DNA of 64,000 nt from Deltaproteobacteria bacterium (GCA_026388415.1 JAPLJV010000061.1:2260-66259); one strand, 5' to 3'; positions 29,568 to 39,846 are shown, numbered from the stretch's first letter. Numbers and translations are program-made. Notes: generated from the sequence alone by a model not told the origin.

Positions 29568-30863
29568 ATGTCTCATCACAATACCGGACCGCGACTATTG
29601 AAGACAGTAACACAAAGTGACTCCGCTTGGCTCATCGGGATCTGTCTGAGCCGTAGCTTTTTTGCATTTATCTTCACCGCCTACGCGGCGGCGCTGCCGC
29701 TGCTGAGAGCTGATTGGAACATGTCGGCAAGCCAGGCCGGTTTGATACAATCGGCCTGGCATACCGGCTATCTGATATCGCTGTTTGCGGTCGGTTTTAT
29801 TGCTGACCGGTACGGCGCCAATAAAACGTTTCTTATTGGCAGTGTCCTAGCCGGCTTTAGCGCACTTATGTTCGCGTTTTTCGCAGACGGTTTCATCTCC
29901 GGTCTCTTCTTTTATGGGGTTACCGGATTATGTTCTGGTGCATCGTATACGCCGGGTTTGACACTTGTTGCGGAGCGTTTTGCACCTCATGAGCGCGGCC
30001 GAGCAATGGGATGGTTTCTTGCTGCAGCTTCGCTCGGGTATGGCGTATCGCTGCTCCTGAGCGGAATCCTGATGCCGCACGTCGGCTGGCGAGGCTCATT
30101 TATCGCCGCGGCTTGTGGACCGCTCATTGCGATGCGAATCTCGTTTTGGACGTTACGAGTGACGCCCAACGTGATTCATCCGCACGGCAACCAGCTCACC
30201 GGCATCCTCGCATTGCGGGCGGTCTGGCAAAACAGGCCTGCCATGCTTCTTATCTGGGCATATGTATTCCATGCATGGGAACTGCTGGGATTATGGGCGT
30301 GGCTGCCGGCATATCTCGCGGCAGCGATCGTGCAGAATGGCGCCATGACTCTGAAGGCCGCCGGTTTCGGTGCTCTCTTCACAGCGTTCACTCACATCAC
30401 CAGTATGAGCGGCAGCATATACGGCGGCGCTCTGTCGGATCGCTGGGGACGCACCAGAGCTATCCTCTTGGGGTCATGCCTGAGCCTTATGTGCTCTTTT
30501 ATGTTCGGCTGGATGATAGCGCTGCCTCTATGGCTCCTGGTGACTGTGGCCACGCTCTACAACATTGCCGCTATCACCGATTCTTCGGTCTATTCGACGG
30601 CTCTCACCGAACTGGTTCCGCCTCACTATCTGGGCGCTGCCTATGCGCTACGCTCGCTTCTTGGTTTCGGCGCAGGAATCATAAGCCCATGGGTGTTCGG
30701 GCTCGTGATGGACTGGGCACGCGGCGAACCGCTCAACTCGGAGACAATGGCATGGGGACTTGCGTGGACTGCACTCGGTGTCGGCGCTGCGCTCGGGCCG
30801 CTAATGACGGTCATGCTGCGCGAGACGCCCGAGGCGAACAAGATGGCCTGCGGAAAAAGGTAA
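29568..30863 (+). CDS. MFS transporter
   Basis: 431 aa with about 12 predicted hydrophobic helices and the MFS loop motif GFIADRYGANK between TM2 and TM3. Confidence 0.8.
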   Translation: MSHHNTGPRLLKTVTQSDSAWLIGICLSRSFFAFIFTAYAAALPLLRADWNMSASQAGLIQSAWHTGYLISLFAVGFIADRYGANKTFLIGSVLAGFSALMFAFFADGFISGLFFYGVTGLCSGASYTPGLTLVAERFAPHERGRAMGWFLAAASLGYGVSLLLSGILMPHVGWRGSFIAAACGPLIAMRISFWTLRVTPNVIHPHGNQLTGILALRAVWQNRPAMLLIWAYVFHAWELLGLWAWLPAYLAAAIVQNGAMTLKAAGFGALFTAFTHITSMSGSIYGGALSDRWGRTRAILLGSCLSLMCSFMFGWMIALPLWLLVTVATLYNIAAITDSSVYSTALTELVPPHYLGAAYALRSLLGFGAGIISPWVFGLVMDWARGEPLNSETMAWGLAWTALGVGAALGPLMTVMLRETPEANKMACGKR

Positions 30864-30904
30864 TAATGGAGGTTACGCATACATCCTGGTCAATGAAGAT
30901 ATGC

Positions 30905-31099
30905 TCAATTAATTGGAGAAGATTTTAACAAGTTCTCCGCCGCCATATCCTGAAGCTTTTCTCTTATTTTCTCTGTACTTTCTGGTTCCATTTTCTCGGC
31001 GATATCTCTTTGAAACAGATTGTTTGCACAACTTTCATTAACTTTTACGATAGCTCCGGAATGGCGCCCCATCCATTCCTGTTTTAGTCTTACTTCCAT
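30905..31099 (-). CDS. hypothetical small protein (64 aa)
   Basis: ORF with a GGGGGG RBS before ATG at 31099 (MEVRLKQEWMGRHSG...). No recognisable family, and coding status is uncertain. Confidence 0.3.
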   Translation of the reverse strand: MEVRLKQEWMGRHSGAIVKVNESCANNLFQRDIAEKMEPESTEKIREKLQDMAAENLLKSSPIN

Positions 31100-31198
31100 A
31101 TTACCCCCCAGTTCACCCCGTTTGCCCTGCGGTTTCACGGTACTTTAACCATCTGTCCGCGTTGGCAACGGCCCCCACACACAATGAGTCGCCTATAT

Positions 31199-31228
31199 CA
31201 TAATTATCGAGGAAACAACATAATGATT
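31199..31228. repeat. 30-nt conserved motif, copy 1 (CATAATTATCGAGGAAACAACATAATGATT)
   Basis: Near-identical to 33499-33529 (1 substitution plus a 1-nt indel). Both copies lie upstream of minus-strand genes. Confidence 0.8.
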
Positions 31229-31315
31229 AGAACCCTTATTTCCAAACCGTTGGCCAAGTACCCTCAAAAGAAAAGAGGGTTAACCAATAACTCAGCTAAC
31301 CCCCTGTTTTTCCTA

Positions 31316-31402
31316 TGGTGCCGAAGCCCGGACTTGAACCGGGATGAGCATTCGCCCACTAGACCCTGAACCTAGCGCGTCTACCAATTCCGCCACTTCG
31401 GC
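31316..31402 (-). tRNA. tRNA-Leu (anticodon CAG), CCA encoded
   Basis: The reverse complement is GCCGAAGTGGCGGAATTGGTAGACGCGCTAGGTTCAGGGTCTAG...GGTTCAAGTCCGGGCTTCGGCACCA. It has a long variable arm and anticodon loop TTCAGGG. Confidence 0.95.
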
Positions 31403-31539
31403 AAATGAAGATTAAATAAGGACAATCTCGTGCCTATCTATACTGATGACCCGAATATTGTCAAGAAAAAATGATCTTCTATAATTGTGATGGTCATGGT
31501 ATGTGTGTTGTCAATAGCGAAGGAAAGTGGATAATTAAT

Positions 31540-32475
31540 ATGCAGGTAATCAAGTACCCGGAAGACGTCCCCCCCGAATTAAAGGGCGCCTTCATCACCA
31601 TAGGCAATTTCGATGGCGTCCATCTGGGACACCGACACGTATTTCAAAGACTCGTCCAGGCCGCCCGGGCAGCTAAACGGAAGGCCCTGCTCGTAACCTT
31701 TGTCCCCCACCCCAAGATGGTCATGCACCCCGAACGGAGACCATTTTACCTGCTCACGACCCTGGAGGAAAGGGTCAAACTGCTGGCGGAATTGCAACTC
31801 GACGCCGTTATCCTGGTCCCTTTTACCATTCAATATGCAGCCACGACCGCAGCGGAATTTATCTCGGATTTTCTGTGGGAAAATCTGCGGGTGGGAAAAA
31901 TATTCATCGGCCATGACTATAAATTCGGCCAGGGCCAGGCAGGCAATAAAGACATGCTGGCGGCCTGGGGGCAAGACCTCGACTTTGAAGTTGAAGTTAT
32001 CAATGCCTTCTCCTGTGACGGCATCATCATCAGCAGCACCCGCATCAGAAAGCTCATTCTCGCCGGAGATGTCCGGCAGGCCGCCTTGCTTTTGGGCCGC
32101 CCGTATAATGTAAGCGGCTCTGTGATCGAAGGAAAGAAGCGCGGCGGCGCTCTGGGATTCCCCACGGCCAATATTATGCCGCACAAAGAGTTGCTGCCCG
32201 CGAAAGGCGTTTATGCCGCCCGCGTTAACCTGAACGGGACACAATACCAGGCTGTTTTGAATATCGGTCTGAACCCTACCTTCGGAGACGTCGCCATATC
32301 ACTGGAAGTGCATTTGATGGGGTTCCCCCCGGAAAACATCTATGGACAATCGCTGGATATTCTTTTTATCGAGCGGATCAGGGAAGAGCGCCGCTTCGCG
32401 AGTCCGGCAGAACTGGTGGCCCAGATCAGCAAGGACACGGAGCAGGCGCTCGCGATCCTGAAACTTCGCCTATGA
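31540..32475 (+). CDS. ribF: bifunctional riboflavin kinase / FMN adenylyltransferase
   Basis: ITIGNFDGVHLGH (FAD synthetase nucleotidyltransferase motif), and a C-terminal riboflavin kinase domain (GFPTAN, ...EVHL..F....YG). ATG at 31540 is preferred to upstream starts. Confidence 0.9.
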   Translation: MQVIKYPEDVPPELKGAFITIGNFDGVHLGHRHVFQRLVQAARAAKRKALLVTFVPHPKMVMHPERRPFYLLTTLEERVKLLAELQLDAVILVPFTIQYAATTAAEFISDFLWENLRVGKIFIGHDYKFGQGQAGNKDMLAAWGQDLDFEVEVINAFSCDGIIISSTRIRKLILAGDVRQAALLLGRPYNVSGSVIEGKKRGGALGFPTANIMPHKELLPAKGVYAARVNLNGTQYQAVLNIGLNPTFGDVAISLEVHLMGFPPENIYGQSLDILFIERIREERRFASPAELVAQISKDTEQALAILKLRL

Positions 32476-33444
32476 TACCTGGTTGATAGCCGAAAGCTGC
32501 CAGGGATTATTTCCCACGGGACGGGTGAAAGTCCAGTATTCCTCAAATTTGACCGGTTCGGTCTTGCTGCCCGACACCACCTGGCCGGAATCCTCATCCA
32601 CTGTATAATCCAGCAAGTTGGCGTAATAACGGACCGTAATGAAATCCTTGCCGGCCTCCTGCCATACTTCCGTGATATCCACGGTTCTGACGGCAATATT
32701 CTCGAGACGGTTGATCCGTCTTAGCTGTTTCAGATCGCTGGCGTCCCTCTGTAGGATGCCGAACATCTCATCGGTGAACTGAGTGCGGATCACCGACATA
32801 TCGCGATTCGCAAATGCCCCCTGTATCTTGAAGAAGTTGTCCAGGCACTGATCCTTAAAGCGCTGATCATCAAAAGAGGAATCCATTTGCCTCAGGTAGC
32901 CCAGTCCGGCACCCAGGTCGCTTGACGCCGACTGCTGTTCATAGGCGGGAGCGTAGGATGAGGAGCCGTAGAGCGGCTGTTGAGGCGATGCCTCCTGGTA
33001 ATAGTTTGGACTGCCCGGCCCCGCCGCTTCCAGCCGCTTCTTTTTTATATACCACCAGACTCCGTAAAGAAGCAAACCGATCAAAATGATCTCGAACAGG
33101 CCAATGCCGCCACCGCCGATACCACCACCGCCAGCAAATCCCATGCCCCGGAATAGCATTCCGCCGATCATCCCGCCAACCAGACCACCGGCCATGCTTC
33201 TCAGGAAGCCGCCGCTCTGGGGCTGCTGGAAGGGCTGGTTCAAGGGACTTGACGGTGTGGGGCTGAGCTGCTGTGACGGGCTTGGCGAAGATGGTCGCGG
33301 CGCCGAGAACGATCGCGAACCCATGCTCCCCATAGACCTGCCACCGCCCACCCGGGCAAAGGCGTCAATCTCCAGGACATACAAACACAAAAAGAACAGA
33401 CTGAAAAACATCAGTCCATTTTTTGCCCATCTGCTTGAAAACAT
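32470..33444 (-). CDS. Tim44-like domain membrane protein with Gly-rich linker
   Basis: ATG at 33444 has an AGGAGG RBS. The product has a signal/TM N-terminus, a poly-Gly/Pro linker and second TM helix, and a C-terminal Tim44-like domain (FFKIQGAFANRD...FTDEMF...EEYWTF). Confidence 0.65.
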   Translation of the reverse strand: MFSSRWAKNGLMFFSLFFLCLYVLEIDAFARVGGGRSMGSMGSRSFSAPRPSSPSPSQQLSPTPSSPLNQPFQQPQSGGFLRSMAGGLVGGMIGGMLFRGMGFAGGGGIGGGGIGLFEIILIGLLLYGVWWYIKKKRLEAAGPGSPNYYQEASPQQPLYGSSSYAPAYEQQSASSDLGAGLGYLRQMDSSFDDQRFKDQCLDNFFKIQGAFANRDMSVIRTQFTDEMFGILQRDASDLKQLRRINRLENIAVRTVDITEVWQEAGKDFITVRYYANLLDYTVDEDSGQVVSGSKTEPVKFEEYWTFTRPVGNNPWQLSAINQVS

Positions 33445-33498
33445 ACTGCCCTCCTTCATTGCTGTGTTAATTGATAAACTATTGAGTTTTAGCTGTAC

Positions 33499-33529
33499 CA
33501 TAATTATCGAGGAAATAACATTAATGATT
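33499..33529. repeat. 30-nt conserved motif, copy 2 (CATAATTATCGAGGAAATAACATTAATGATT)
   Basis: See 31199-31228. This copy lies 55 nt upstream of the Tim44-like gene start on the minus strand. Confidence 0.8.
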
Positions 33530-33548
33530 TCGTTGCACACAGCCGTTA

Positions 33549-34265
33549 TCATTGACGACTGAAAAAGATGTCGCCGATATAACATTCCGCGGCGCTTTTA
33601 GTATGCTGCGAGTTGATATAGAGGGAAATCCCCTGTATCGGCCCGGCCGGCTCGCCGCTCTGGATATCTCGAAACAATTTTTGATAATCATGGTAAATAT
33701 TGCGTTTCTCGGCATACCAGTGACCAAGTTTGTCGCTTTTGTTCCTCAACACTACGTATCTCATTTTACCCCCGCCTAATTGCGGAGAGCGACCGGTCCA
33801 CTCTTTGGGAGTTTCGTTATCCCAGATATAGCCGAGCACCGGTGTGTTCAATTTCGCCGGAAAGCCGGTGGCAGGAAAGGCCAGGTAGATTTGAGCCGCC
33901 TGGTCATCCGTTTCCGATTTCCGGACGTCTCCGCCCGGGGGGAGTTTACCCGCCTTCCATGTCCAGTTCAGATAAGGATACTCTCTGATGTTGAGTTTCA
34001 CAGCCCTTTTTATCCCGAAGGAGGATTGATCGCTGACCATCTTCAGGCAATAGCCTTCGCCATTCCTTTCCAGGTGCAGGGTGGCCCAGCCTGCCCTCCT
34101 GTCCAGCTCCCAACCGGCCGGCACACCTTTTGGGGCATCGCCGGTAGCAAAGCCCACGGCAATAACGGACTCATTGATCTCCGCCGGTGCTGCCAATGGA
34201 TACATCAACAGGAAAATCAGCAAACAAGCTGATAGCAGCCCCTTACGTCCCACGTTTTTCCTCAT
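33549..34265 (-). CDS. DUF3047 family protein (secreted)
   Basis: Start at 34265 gives signal peptide MRKNVGRKGLLSACLLIFLL. Motifs such as YPYLNWTWKAGKLP.GGD......DDQAAQIYLAF resemble DUF3047. Confidence 0.6.
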   Translation of the reverse strand: MRKNVGRKGLLSACLLIFLLMYPLAAPAEINESVIAVGFATGDAPKGVPAGWELDRRAGWATLHLERNGEGYCLKMVSDQSSFGIKRAVKLNIREYPYLNWTWKAGKLPPGGDVRKSETDDQAAQIYLAFPATGFPAKLNTPVLGYIWDNETPKEWTGRSPQLGGGKMRYVVLRNKSDKLGHWYAEKRNIYHDYQKLFRDIQSGEPAGPIQGISLYINSQHTKSAAECYIGDIFFSRQ

Positions 34266-34833
34266 AGAGAGACATGATGTCACTTCTCGTAAAAACAGCG
34301 TCAACGCGGGCGACCTGGCGGAGGATATTTTCTCGCCCCCCCTCTTCCCGGTCAACCAGGGTAACAACGCGCTCGATGATCAATCCCGCTTCACGGGCGC
34401 GCTCGATGGCCGTCAGGGTGGAGCCGCCTGTGGTGATGACATCGTCAATGATCGCCACCTTTTCACCCGGCCGCACATCCCCCTCGACGGCGCTCTTCGT
34501 TCCGTGCCCCTTGACATCTTTCCTGATGATAAATGATTTTATAGGTTTGCCGCGCTGATACGAAATCAGGGACAGGGCGTTGGCGATGGGGTCGGCGCCC
34601 AGGGTCAGGCCTCCGGCGGCGGAAACATCGGCATCGGCCAGCATGGCAAAGATAATCATGCCGATCAGATTCATACCTTCCGGATCCAGGGTGGTAGGCT
34701 TGCAATTGAAGTAGTAATTGCTGGTGCGTCCCGAAGCCAGCGTAAAGGGCGGGTTGTCCCGGTACTGGAAGGACTTGGTCATAATAATTTCCGCCAGCCT
34801 GTTTTTCATTTCCGGCAATGTCAAATTCATCAT
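34243..34833 (-). CDS. pyrE: orotate phosphoribosyltransferase
   Basis: 196 aa with the PRPP-binding motif KVAIIDDVITTGGS and N-terminal FTLASGRTSNYYF. Confidence 0.9.
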   Translation of the reverse strand: MMNLTLPEMKNRLAEIIMTKSFQYRDNPPFTLASGRTSNYYFNCKPTTLDPEGMNLIGMIIFAMLADADVSAAGGLTLGADPIANALSLISYQRGKPIKSFIIRKDVKGHGTKSAVEGDVRPGEKVAIIDDVITTGGSTLTAIERAREAGLIIERVVTLVDREEGGRENILRQVARVDAVFTRSDIMSLYEEKRGT

Positions 34834-37286
34834 TTCGCACCCCCCGTTTTTGCCCGGTTCTTAATCAATCCTTCCAGCACCCGCACCGCCTCCACGCCGT
34901 CCTTCGCATAGGCCGCGCCTAAGGAAGAGGCATAGTCTCTCGTGACGACGGCACCCCCCACCATGAAAGGACATTGGAGCCCTTCCCGTGCCGCGCGTTC
35001 AATGACCGCTTGCATGTTGACCATGGTAGTCGTCATGAGGGCGGATAATCCCACGGCCTGGGGTTGATGTTTTTTCATCGCCGCAATAACGTCTTCCGTT
35101 GGCACATTCTTGCCCAGATCAACGATCTGATAGCCGTGATTCCTCAACATCAACGCCACGATATTCTTGCCGATATCATGGATGTCCCCCATGACGGTCG
35201 CGAGGATGACCGTCCCTTTCTGCCCGACGGCGGTGCTTCCGACACCGAGGAGAGGCTCCACGATTGCCAGGGCCAGCTTCATCGCCTCGGCGCTGGCAAT
35301 GAGTTGCGGCAGAAAATAGACTTTCTGATCGTAGAGATCCCCTACCCGGACAATGGCGGGGATCATGGACTCATCTACCAGACTTTTGGCCGCCACACCA
35401 GCCAGCAAAGCCTCTTCCACCCGGGCGGCGACATCTTCCCGGTCTCCTTCCCGGATCGCCCGGGCAACCCGGGCCGCCGGTGAAGCATCGGGCGGCGGTG
35501 CCTGTTGATCAGTCCGTTGTGTCGTCGCCGCTGCCGACCGCGAAAAACGCGCGATATAGGAGGCCGCATCCCGGTCTTTTTTCAGCAGCAGATCCCCTGC
35601 CATTTTGATATTCATGGTCTCGGCGCTGCCGGGATTGGCAATTGCCAGCGTGAGCCCCAACGCCTGCGCCATGGCCAGAAACGCGGCATTAACCCATTGC
35701 CGCTCGGGCATGCCGAAAGAGACATTGGAAACGCCGAGCAGGGTGCGGCATTGGAACCGCTCCGTGCACCAGGCAATCGTCTTTAACGTTTCTATGGCCG
35801 CTTGGGCGTCCGAGGCCACGGTCATGACCAGGCCATCCACAATGACGTCATCCTTGGTGAAGCCGAACTTCCGGGCCGCCCGGAAGATGTCCTTAATGAC
35901 CTCCCTGCGTCTTTCTACCGTGGCGGGAATTTCCCCCTCCGTGAGCGGCAGCATGATGAACATGGCGCCGTATTTGGCGGCGAGCGGCAGGAGCCGGACC
36001 ATCTTTACCTTTTCTCCCGAAATGGAATTGATCAGCGCCCGGCCCGGATAGCGGCGGAGGGCAGCTTCAATGGTTTCCGCTCGCGAAGAATCCACCACCA
36101 AGGGGATGCTCGTCGTCACGGCAAGCAGATCCAGGATATCCCGGATGGCCTTGACTTCATCAAGACCCGGGACGCCGACATTCACGTCCAAAAGCGCGGC
36201 CCCCAGCTCCTCCTGTTCCCGGGCCATCTGCCGCACCAGCGTCATCTTCCCTTCCCGCAGCTCCTGCTGCAGGGCTTTCTTGCCCGTCGGATTCAACCGC
36301 TCGCCCACAATCTGCAATGGTTGATCACCCGTAAAGAGCCGGTAACTGCGGGCAGAGCTGACGGCGCTGAGCGATTTCCGGCGGGGGCCGATGGGAACGC
36401 TGTCGGCTACGCTCTGCTTGAGACTCCGGATGTGCGCCGGCGTAGTGCCGCAACAGCCGCCCAGCATATTTACGCCCGCCTCGGCAAACCTTTGGCCAAA
36501 GGCGGCAAAGGCCTTGTCATCCATATCGAATACCGTCCGGTTGCCTTCCAGGTGAGGCATGCCGGCATTCGGTTTGGCCACCAGCGGAACGGTGGCGTAA
36601 GGTTTCATCGCGGCCACCAGCGCAAGCATCGTCTCGGGCCCGGAAGAACAATTGCAGCCTACGGCATCTGCCCCGAGGCTTTGCAGGGTGATCAAGGCGG
36701 TGACCGGGTCGGTGCCGTTTAACGTGCGGCCATCCTTTTCGTAGGTCATGGTGACGATGGTAAAATAATCGCAGGTCTCCTTGACGGCCAGCAGGGCCGC
36801 CCGGGCCTCCTGAATATCAATCATGGTTTCGATGACAAACAGATCAACGCCGCCCGCAAGCAGCCCCGCAACCTGCTCCTTGAAAATCTCCACGGCTTCC
36901 TCAAAGGCCAGATCGCCGAAAGGCGCCACAAAGCGGCCCGTGGGACCAATATCGCCGGCCACCAGAGCGTTTTTCCCGCCCGCGTTTTTGGCCAGCCGGG
37001 CCAAGTCGCGATTTACCGTCCGGACGTCATGAACGCCGTAATGGGCTAATTTGCAGCGGTTTGCCCCAAAGGTGGAGGTATAGACAATATCGGCGCCTGC
37101 CTGGTCATAGACCCGGTAAATATCCGTCAGAACTCGCGAATTTTCCAGGCACCACGTCTCCGGGCAGATTCCGGTTGGCATCCCGCCTTTCTGCAGCTCC
37201 GTGCCGATAGCCCCGTCGAGGATCACGACTTGGCTTTTGATGAGCTTCCTGATTCTGTTTTTAGCGTTCACTGGCAATACCCTCAT
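34830..37286 (-). CDS. metH: cobalamin-dependent methionine synthase MetH, short form lacking the AdoMet activation domain
   Basis: 818 aa with an Hcy S-methyltransferase domain (zinc site GGCCGTTP), a pterin-binding domain, and a B12-binding domain with GDIHDIGKN (DxHxxG). It ends directly after the B12 domain. Confidence 0.85.
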   Translation of the reverse strand: MRVLPVNAKNRIRKLIKSQVVILDGAIGTELQKGGMPTGICPETWCLENSRVLTDIYRVYDQAGADIVYTSTFGANRCKLAHYGVHDVRTVNRDLARLAKNAGGKNALVAGDIGPTGRFVAPFGDLAFEEAVEIFKEQVAGLLAGGVDLFVIETMIDIQEARAALLAVKETCDYFTIVTMTYEKDGRTLNGTDPVTALITLQSLGADAVGCNCSSGPETMLALVAAMKPYATVPLVAKPNAGMPHLEGNRTVFDMDDKAFAAFGQRFAEAGVNMLGGCCGTTPAHIRSLKQSVADSVPIGPRRKSLSAVSSARSYRLFTGDQPLQIVGERLNPTGKKALQQELREGKMTLVRQMAREQEELGAALLDVNVGVPGLDEVKAIRDILDLLAVTTSIPLVVDSSRAETIEAALRRYPGRALINSISGEKVKMVRLLPLAAKYGAMFIMLPLTEGEIPATVERRREVIKDIFRAARKFGFTKDDVIVDGLVMTVASDAQAAIETLKTIAWCTERFQCRTLLGVSNVSFGMPERQWVNAAFLAMAQALGLTLAIANPGSAETMNIKMAGDLLLKKDRDAASYIARFSRSAAATTQRTDQQAPPPDASPAARVARAIREGDREDVAARVEEALLAGVAAKSLVDESMIPAIVRVGDLYDQKVYFLPQLIASAEAMKLALAIVEPLLGVGSTAVGQKGTVILATVMGDIHDIGKNIVALMLRNHGYQIVDLGKNVPTEDVIAAMKKHQPQAVGLSALMTTTMVNMQAVIERAAREGLQCPFMVGGAVVTRDYASSLGAAYAKDGVEAVRVLEGLIKNRAKTGGAK

Positions 37287-37921
37287 TATGAACTTATTAC
37301 GCCCGCAATGGCCGTTACTGATTTTTCCGGTATGAGTAAAAAACTCGCGGTAATCTGCACCCCGAGACGCGAAAGGTCCAGGAGACGAAACATCGTGGCC
37401 TGATTTTCGAGCCCAAAATCGCCATAGCCGGCGGAATATCTGCGTGGTTTGAGTGCCTTGTTTTCTCGTCGCAACTCCCTGCCGAAATAAGTCATGATCC
37501 AGTCTAAGGAGGCATCAACCATTTCGCTGGCGACGGCATCAATAACCACGCCACGTGTCACCTGACTCCCCGTGACATCCGCAGCGATGGCGGCCATTAC
37601 CTCACCGCCCGCGGTGGCGCCCATGAGAACCACTTCACCGCACTCCTGAAGAAAGGCGGCCAACTGGCGGCTGTGGAAAACATCCTCCCCGGCCTGTTCT
37701 TCCAGCATGACTCGCGCATCTTGCAGCCCCCGCAGGGCGAGGCGGCGTCCCACCCCCCGCAGATTGATCAAAGTAAGAGCGTCCTCGATATACCGTTCCA
37801 CTTCCGCCTCCTGACCGGTCGGCAGACTGGTGACGCCCGGCCGGTAGCCCAGACGCCGGTAAATCCGCTTGCGCGGCGCTTCAATCATTATCCTGTCAAA
37901 CAAAACAATGGGATGCATCAA
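37286..37921 (-). CDS. stand-alone methionine synthase reactivation (AdoMet-binding activation) domain protein
   Basis: 211 aa. The C-terminal RRYSAGYGDFGLENQ...SFLLIPEKSVTAIAG resembles the MetH activation-domain motif (RPxPGYPxCP...SF.M.P..SV). A 1-nt overlap links it to metH. Confidence 0.65.
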   Translation of the reverse strand: MMHPIVLFDRIMIEAPRKRIYRRLGYRPGVTSLPTGQEAEVERYIEDALTLINLRGVGRRLALRGLQDARVMLEEQAGEDVFHSRQLAAFLQECGEVVLMGATAGGEVMAAIAADVTGSQVTRGVVIDAVASEMVDASLDWIMTYFGRELRRENKALKPRRYSAGYGDFGLENQATMFRLLDLSRLGVQITASFLLIPEKSVTAIAGVISS

Positions 37922-37960
37922 AAAGAATCCGTCCCGTTTATCGGGGTCAGAAAGGGGGAG

Positions 37961-38455
37961 TTAATGTCGCTTCCGCTCAATATGTTTCATCAGTCCGCCG
38001 TCGTTGATTAATTCCTGCATGAAGGGCGGGATGGGATTAACGGTCAGTGTCTTTCCCTCGGCGCCGATAATGGTTATACTGCCCCGGTCGCCGTCCACCT
38101 CGATTTCCTGGCCGTCGGCCACGAGATCCCATAAATCTGCCGACTCGAAAATCGGCAGCCCCATGTTGAAGGAATTCCGGTAAAATATCCGGGCAAAACT
38201 CCGGGCGATCACGCAGGAAAGCCCCGCCACCTTGATGGCAATCGGCGCATGTTCCCGTGAGGAGCCGCAGCCGAAATTATTGCCGGCCACGATAATGTCG
38301 CCGGGGCTTATTTTCTTTACAAACCCCGGATCGGCGTCTTCCATGCAGTGCGCCGCTAAAACCTGAGAATCCGAGGTATTTAAATAACGTGCCGGAATAA
38401 TTGCATCCGTATCAATATTGTCGCCAAACTTCCAAACCTGACCGTGAAATTTCAT
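37961..38455 (-). CDS. leuD: 3-isopropylmalate dehydratase small subunit
   Basis: [25 protein letters not shown] and [10 protein letters not shown] are present. ATG at 38455 is preferred. Confidence 0.85.
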   Translation of the reverse strand: MKFHGQVWKFGDNIDTDAIIPARYLNTSDSQVLAAHCMEDADPGFVKKISPGDIIVAGNNFGCGSSREHAPIAIKVAGLSCVIARSFARIFYRNSFNMGLPIFESADLWDLVADGQEIEVDGDRGSITIIGAEGKTLTVNPIPPFMQELINDGGLMKHIERKRH

Positions 38456-38507
38456 TTTCCCTGACCCCTTTCCCCATGGTTGTTTCAAGAATTACCCGGC
38501 CCGATCG

Positions 38508-39767
38508 TCACAGTTCATCCGGTCCGGCAATCCGGCCCAGTATCGCCGATGCGGCTGCCACAGCGGGATTGGTCAAGTATACCTCACTGCCCGGATGCCC
38601 CATGCGTCCCACAAAGTTCCTGTTCGTGGTGGATACGACCCGTTCCCCTTCCGCCAGAATTCCCATATAACCGCCCAGACAGGGGCCGCAGGTAGGCGTG
38701 CTGACGGCGGCTTTTGCATCGAGAAAGATATCGAACAGCCCTTCTTTCATGGCCTGTCGGTAGATTTCCGGCGTGGCGGGGATAACAATAAGACGGACGT
38801 AGGGGGCTGCCTTCCTCCCCTTCAAGACTGCGGCGGCGACGCGCAGATCTTCGATTCTCCCGTTGGTGCACGAACCGATCACGACCTGATCAATCTTGAC
38901 CTCTCCCACCTGGCTGATACCCCGCGTATTCGATGGCAGGTGGGGAAAGGCCACCTGCGGCTCAATCTTGCTCACGTCTATGTCAATTACCTGACAATAG
39001 ACGGCATCGGCGTCGGAGGCATAAAATTTATAGGCCCGCTTGGCTCTTTTTTCCACATAGACCCTCGTTGTTTCGTCAGGGGCAAAAATCCCGTTTTTCG
39101 CCCCGGCTTCAACAGCCATATTGGCGATTGTCAAGCGATCCGCCATGTTCAGTGAAGCCACCGTCTCGCCGGTAAACTCCAGCGCCCGGTAAAGAGCTCC
39201 GTCCACGCCGATGAGGCCAATAAGATAGAGGATCAGGTCCTTACCTGAGACCCATCTGTTCAAAGGGCCATGGAATACGACCTTGATCGTCTCGGGAACC
39301 TTGAACCAAGCCTCCCCGGTCAGCATGGCAGCGGCAAAATCCGTACTGCCCACCCCGGTGGAAAAGGCCCCCAGGGCTCCGTAGGTGCAGGTGTGGCTGT
39401 CGGCCCCGATGATCAGATCGCCCGGCAGCACCACGCCTTGTTCCGGCAGGAGCGCATGTTCCACGCCCACTTCCCCCACTTCATAGTAATGGGTCAGGGA
39501 TTGTTCCCGGGCAAAATCTCTCAGGATCTTGCTCTGTTCTGCCGAACTGATATCCTTATTGGGCGTAAAGTGGTCCGGTACAATGACCACTTTTTCTTTG
39601 TCAAAAACCTGCTTCGCGCCAGTTTTCCTGAATTCGGAAATCGCGATCGGCGCCGTTATATCGTTTCCCAGGGCAATGTCCAGCCGGGCATTGATCAACA
39701 TGCCGGGATGGACATCCTGCAAGTCTGTGTGGACGCAAAGTATTTTTTCCGTTATGGTCATTCCCAT
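38508..39767 (-). CDS. leuC: 3-isopropylmalate dehydratase large subunit
   Basis: 419 aa with aconitase-family motifs (PDHF, GADSHT, GSCTNGR, CGPCLG). Confidence 0.9.
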   Translation of the reverse strand: MGMTITEKILCVHTDLQDVHPGMLINARLDIALGNDITAPIAISEFRKTGAKQVFDKEKVVIVPDHFTPNKDISSAEQSKILRDFAREQSLTHYYEVGEVGVEHALLPEQGVVLPGDLIIGADSHTCTYGALGAFSTGVGSTDFAAAMLTGEAWFKVPETIKVVFHGPLNRWVSGKDLILYLIGLIGVDGALYRALEFTGETVASLNMADRLTIANMAVEAGAKNGIFAPDETTRVYVEKRAKRAYKFYASDADAVYCQVIDIDVSKIEPQVAFPHLPSNTRGISQVGEVKIDQVVIGSCTNGRIEDLRVAAAVLKGRKAAPYVRLIVIPATPEIYRQAMKEGLFDIFLDAKAAVSTPTCGPCLGGYMGILAEGERVVSTTNRNFVGRMGHPGSEVYLTNPAVAAASAILGRIAGPDEL

Positions 39768-39846
39768 CTGCCGTCTCCCCTGCTCGTTTTGATTGTGCTT
39801 CCCTTATAACATAAGTACGGGCAGGTTTCAAATCTGCCCCGACGTA

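Noticed and set aside
31199-33529. The two 30-nt motifs as terminal repeats of a mobile element enclosing tRNA-Leu, ribF and the Tim44-like gene.
   Set aside because: The copies are direct rather than inverted, and the flanks share no similarity or target-site duplication. The enclosed genes are core functions and no transposase is present.
35802-36722. A 306-aa plus-strand ORF. Similar long antisense ORFs occur at 8746-9648, 13227-14174, 39985-41028, 51779-52546 and 53353-54123.
   Set aside because: All lie antisense to genes with strong motif support (metH, nuoF-like, nfnB, leuA, MinD-like). Their translations are Arg/Gly/His/Pro-rich with no recognisable domains, so I treat them as codon-bias shadows.
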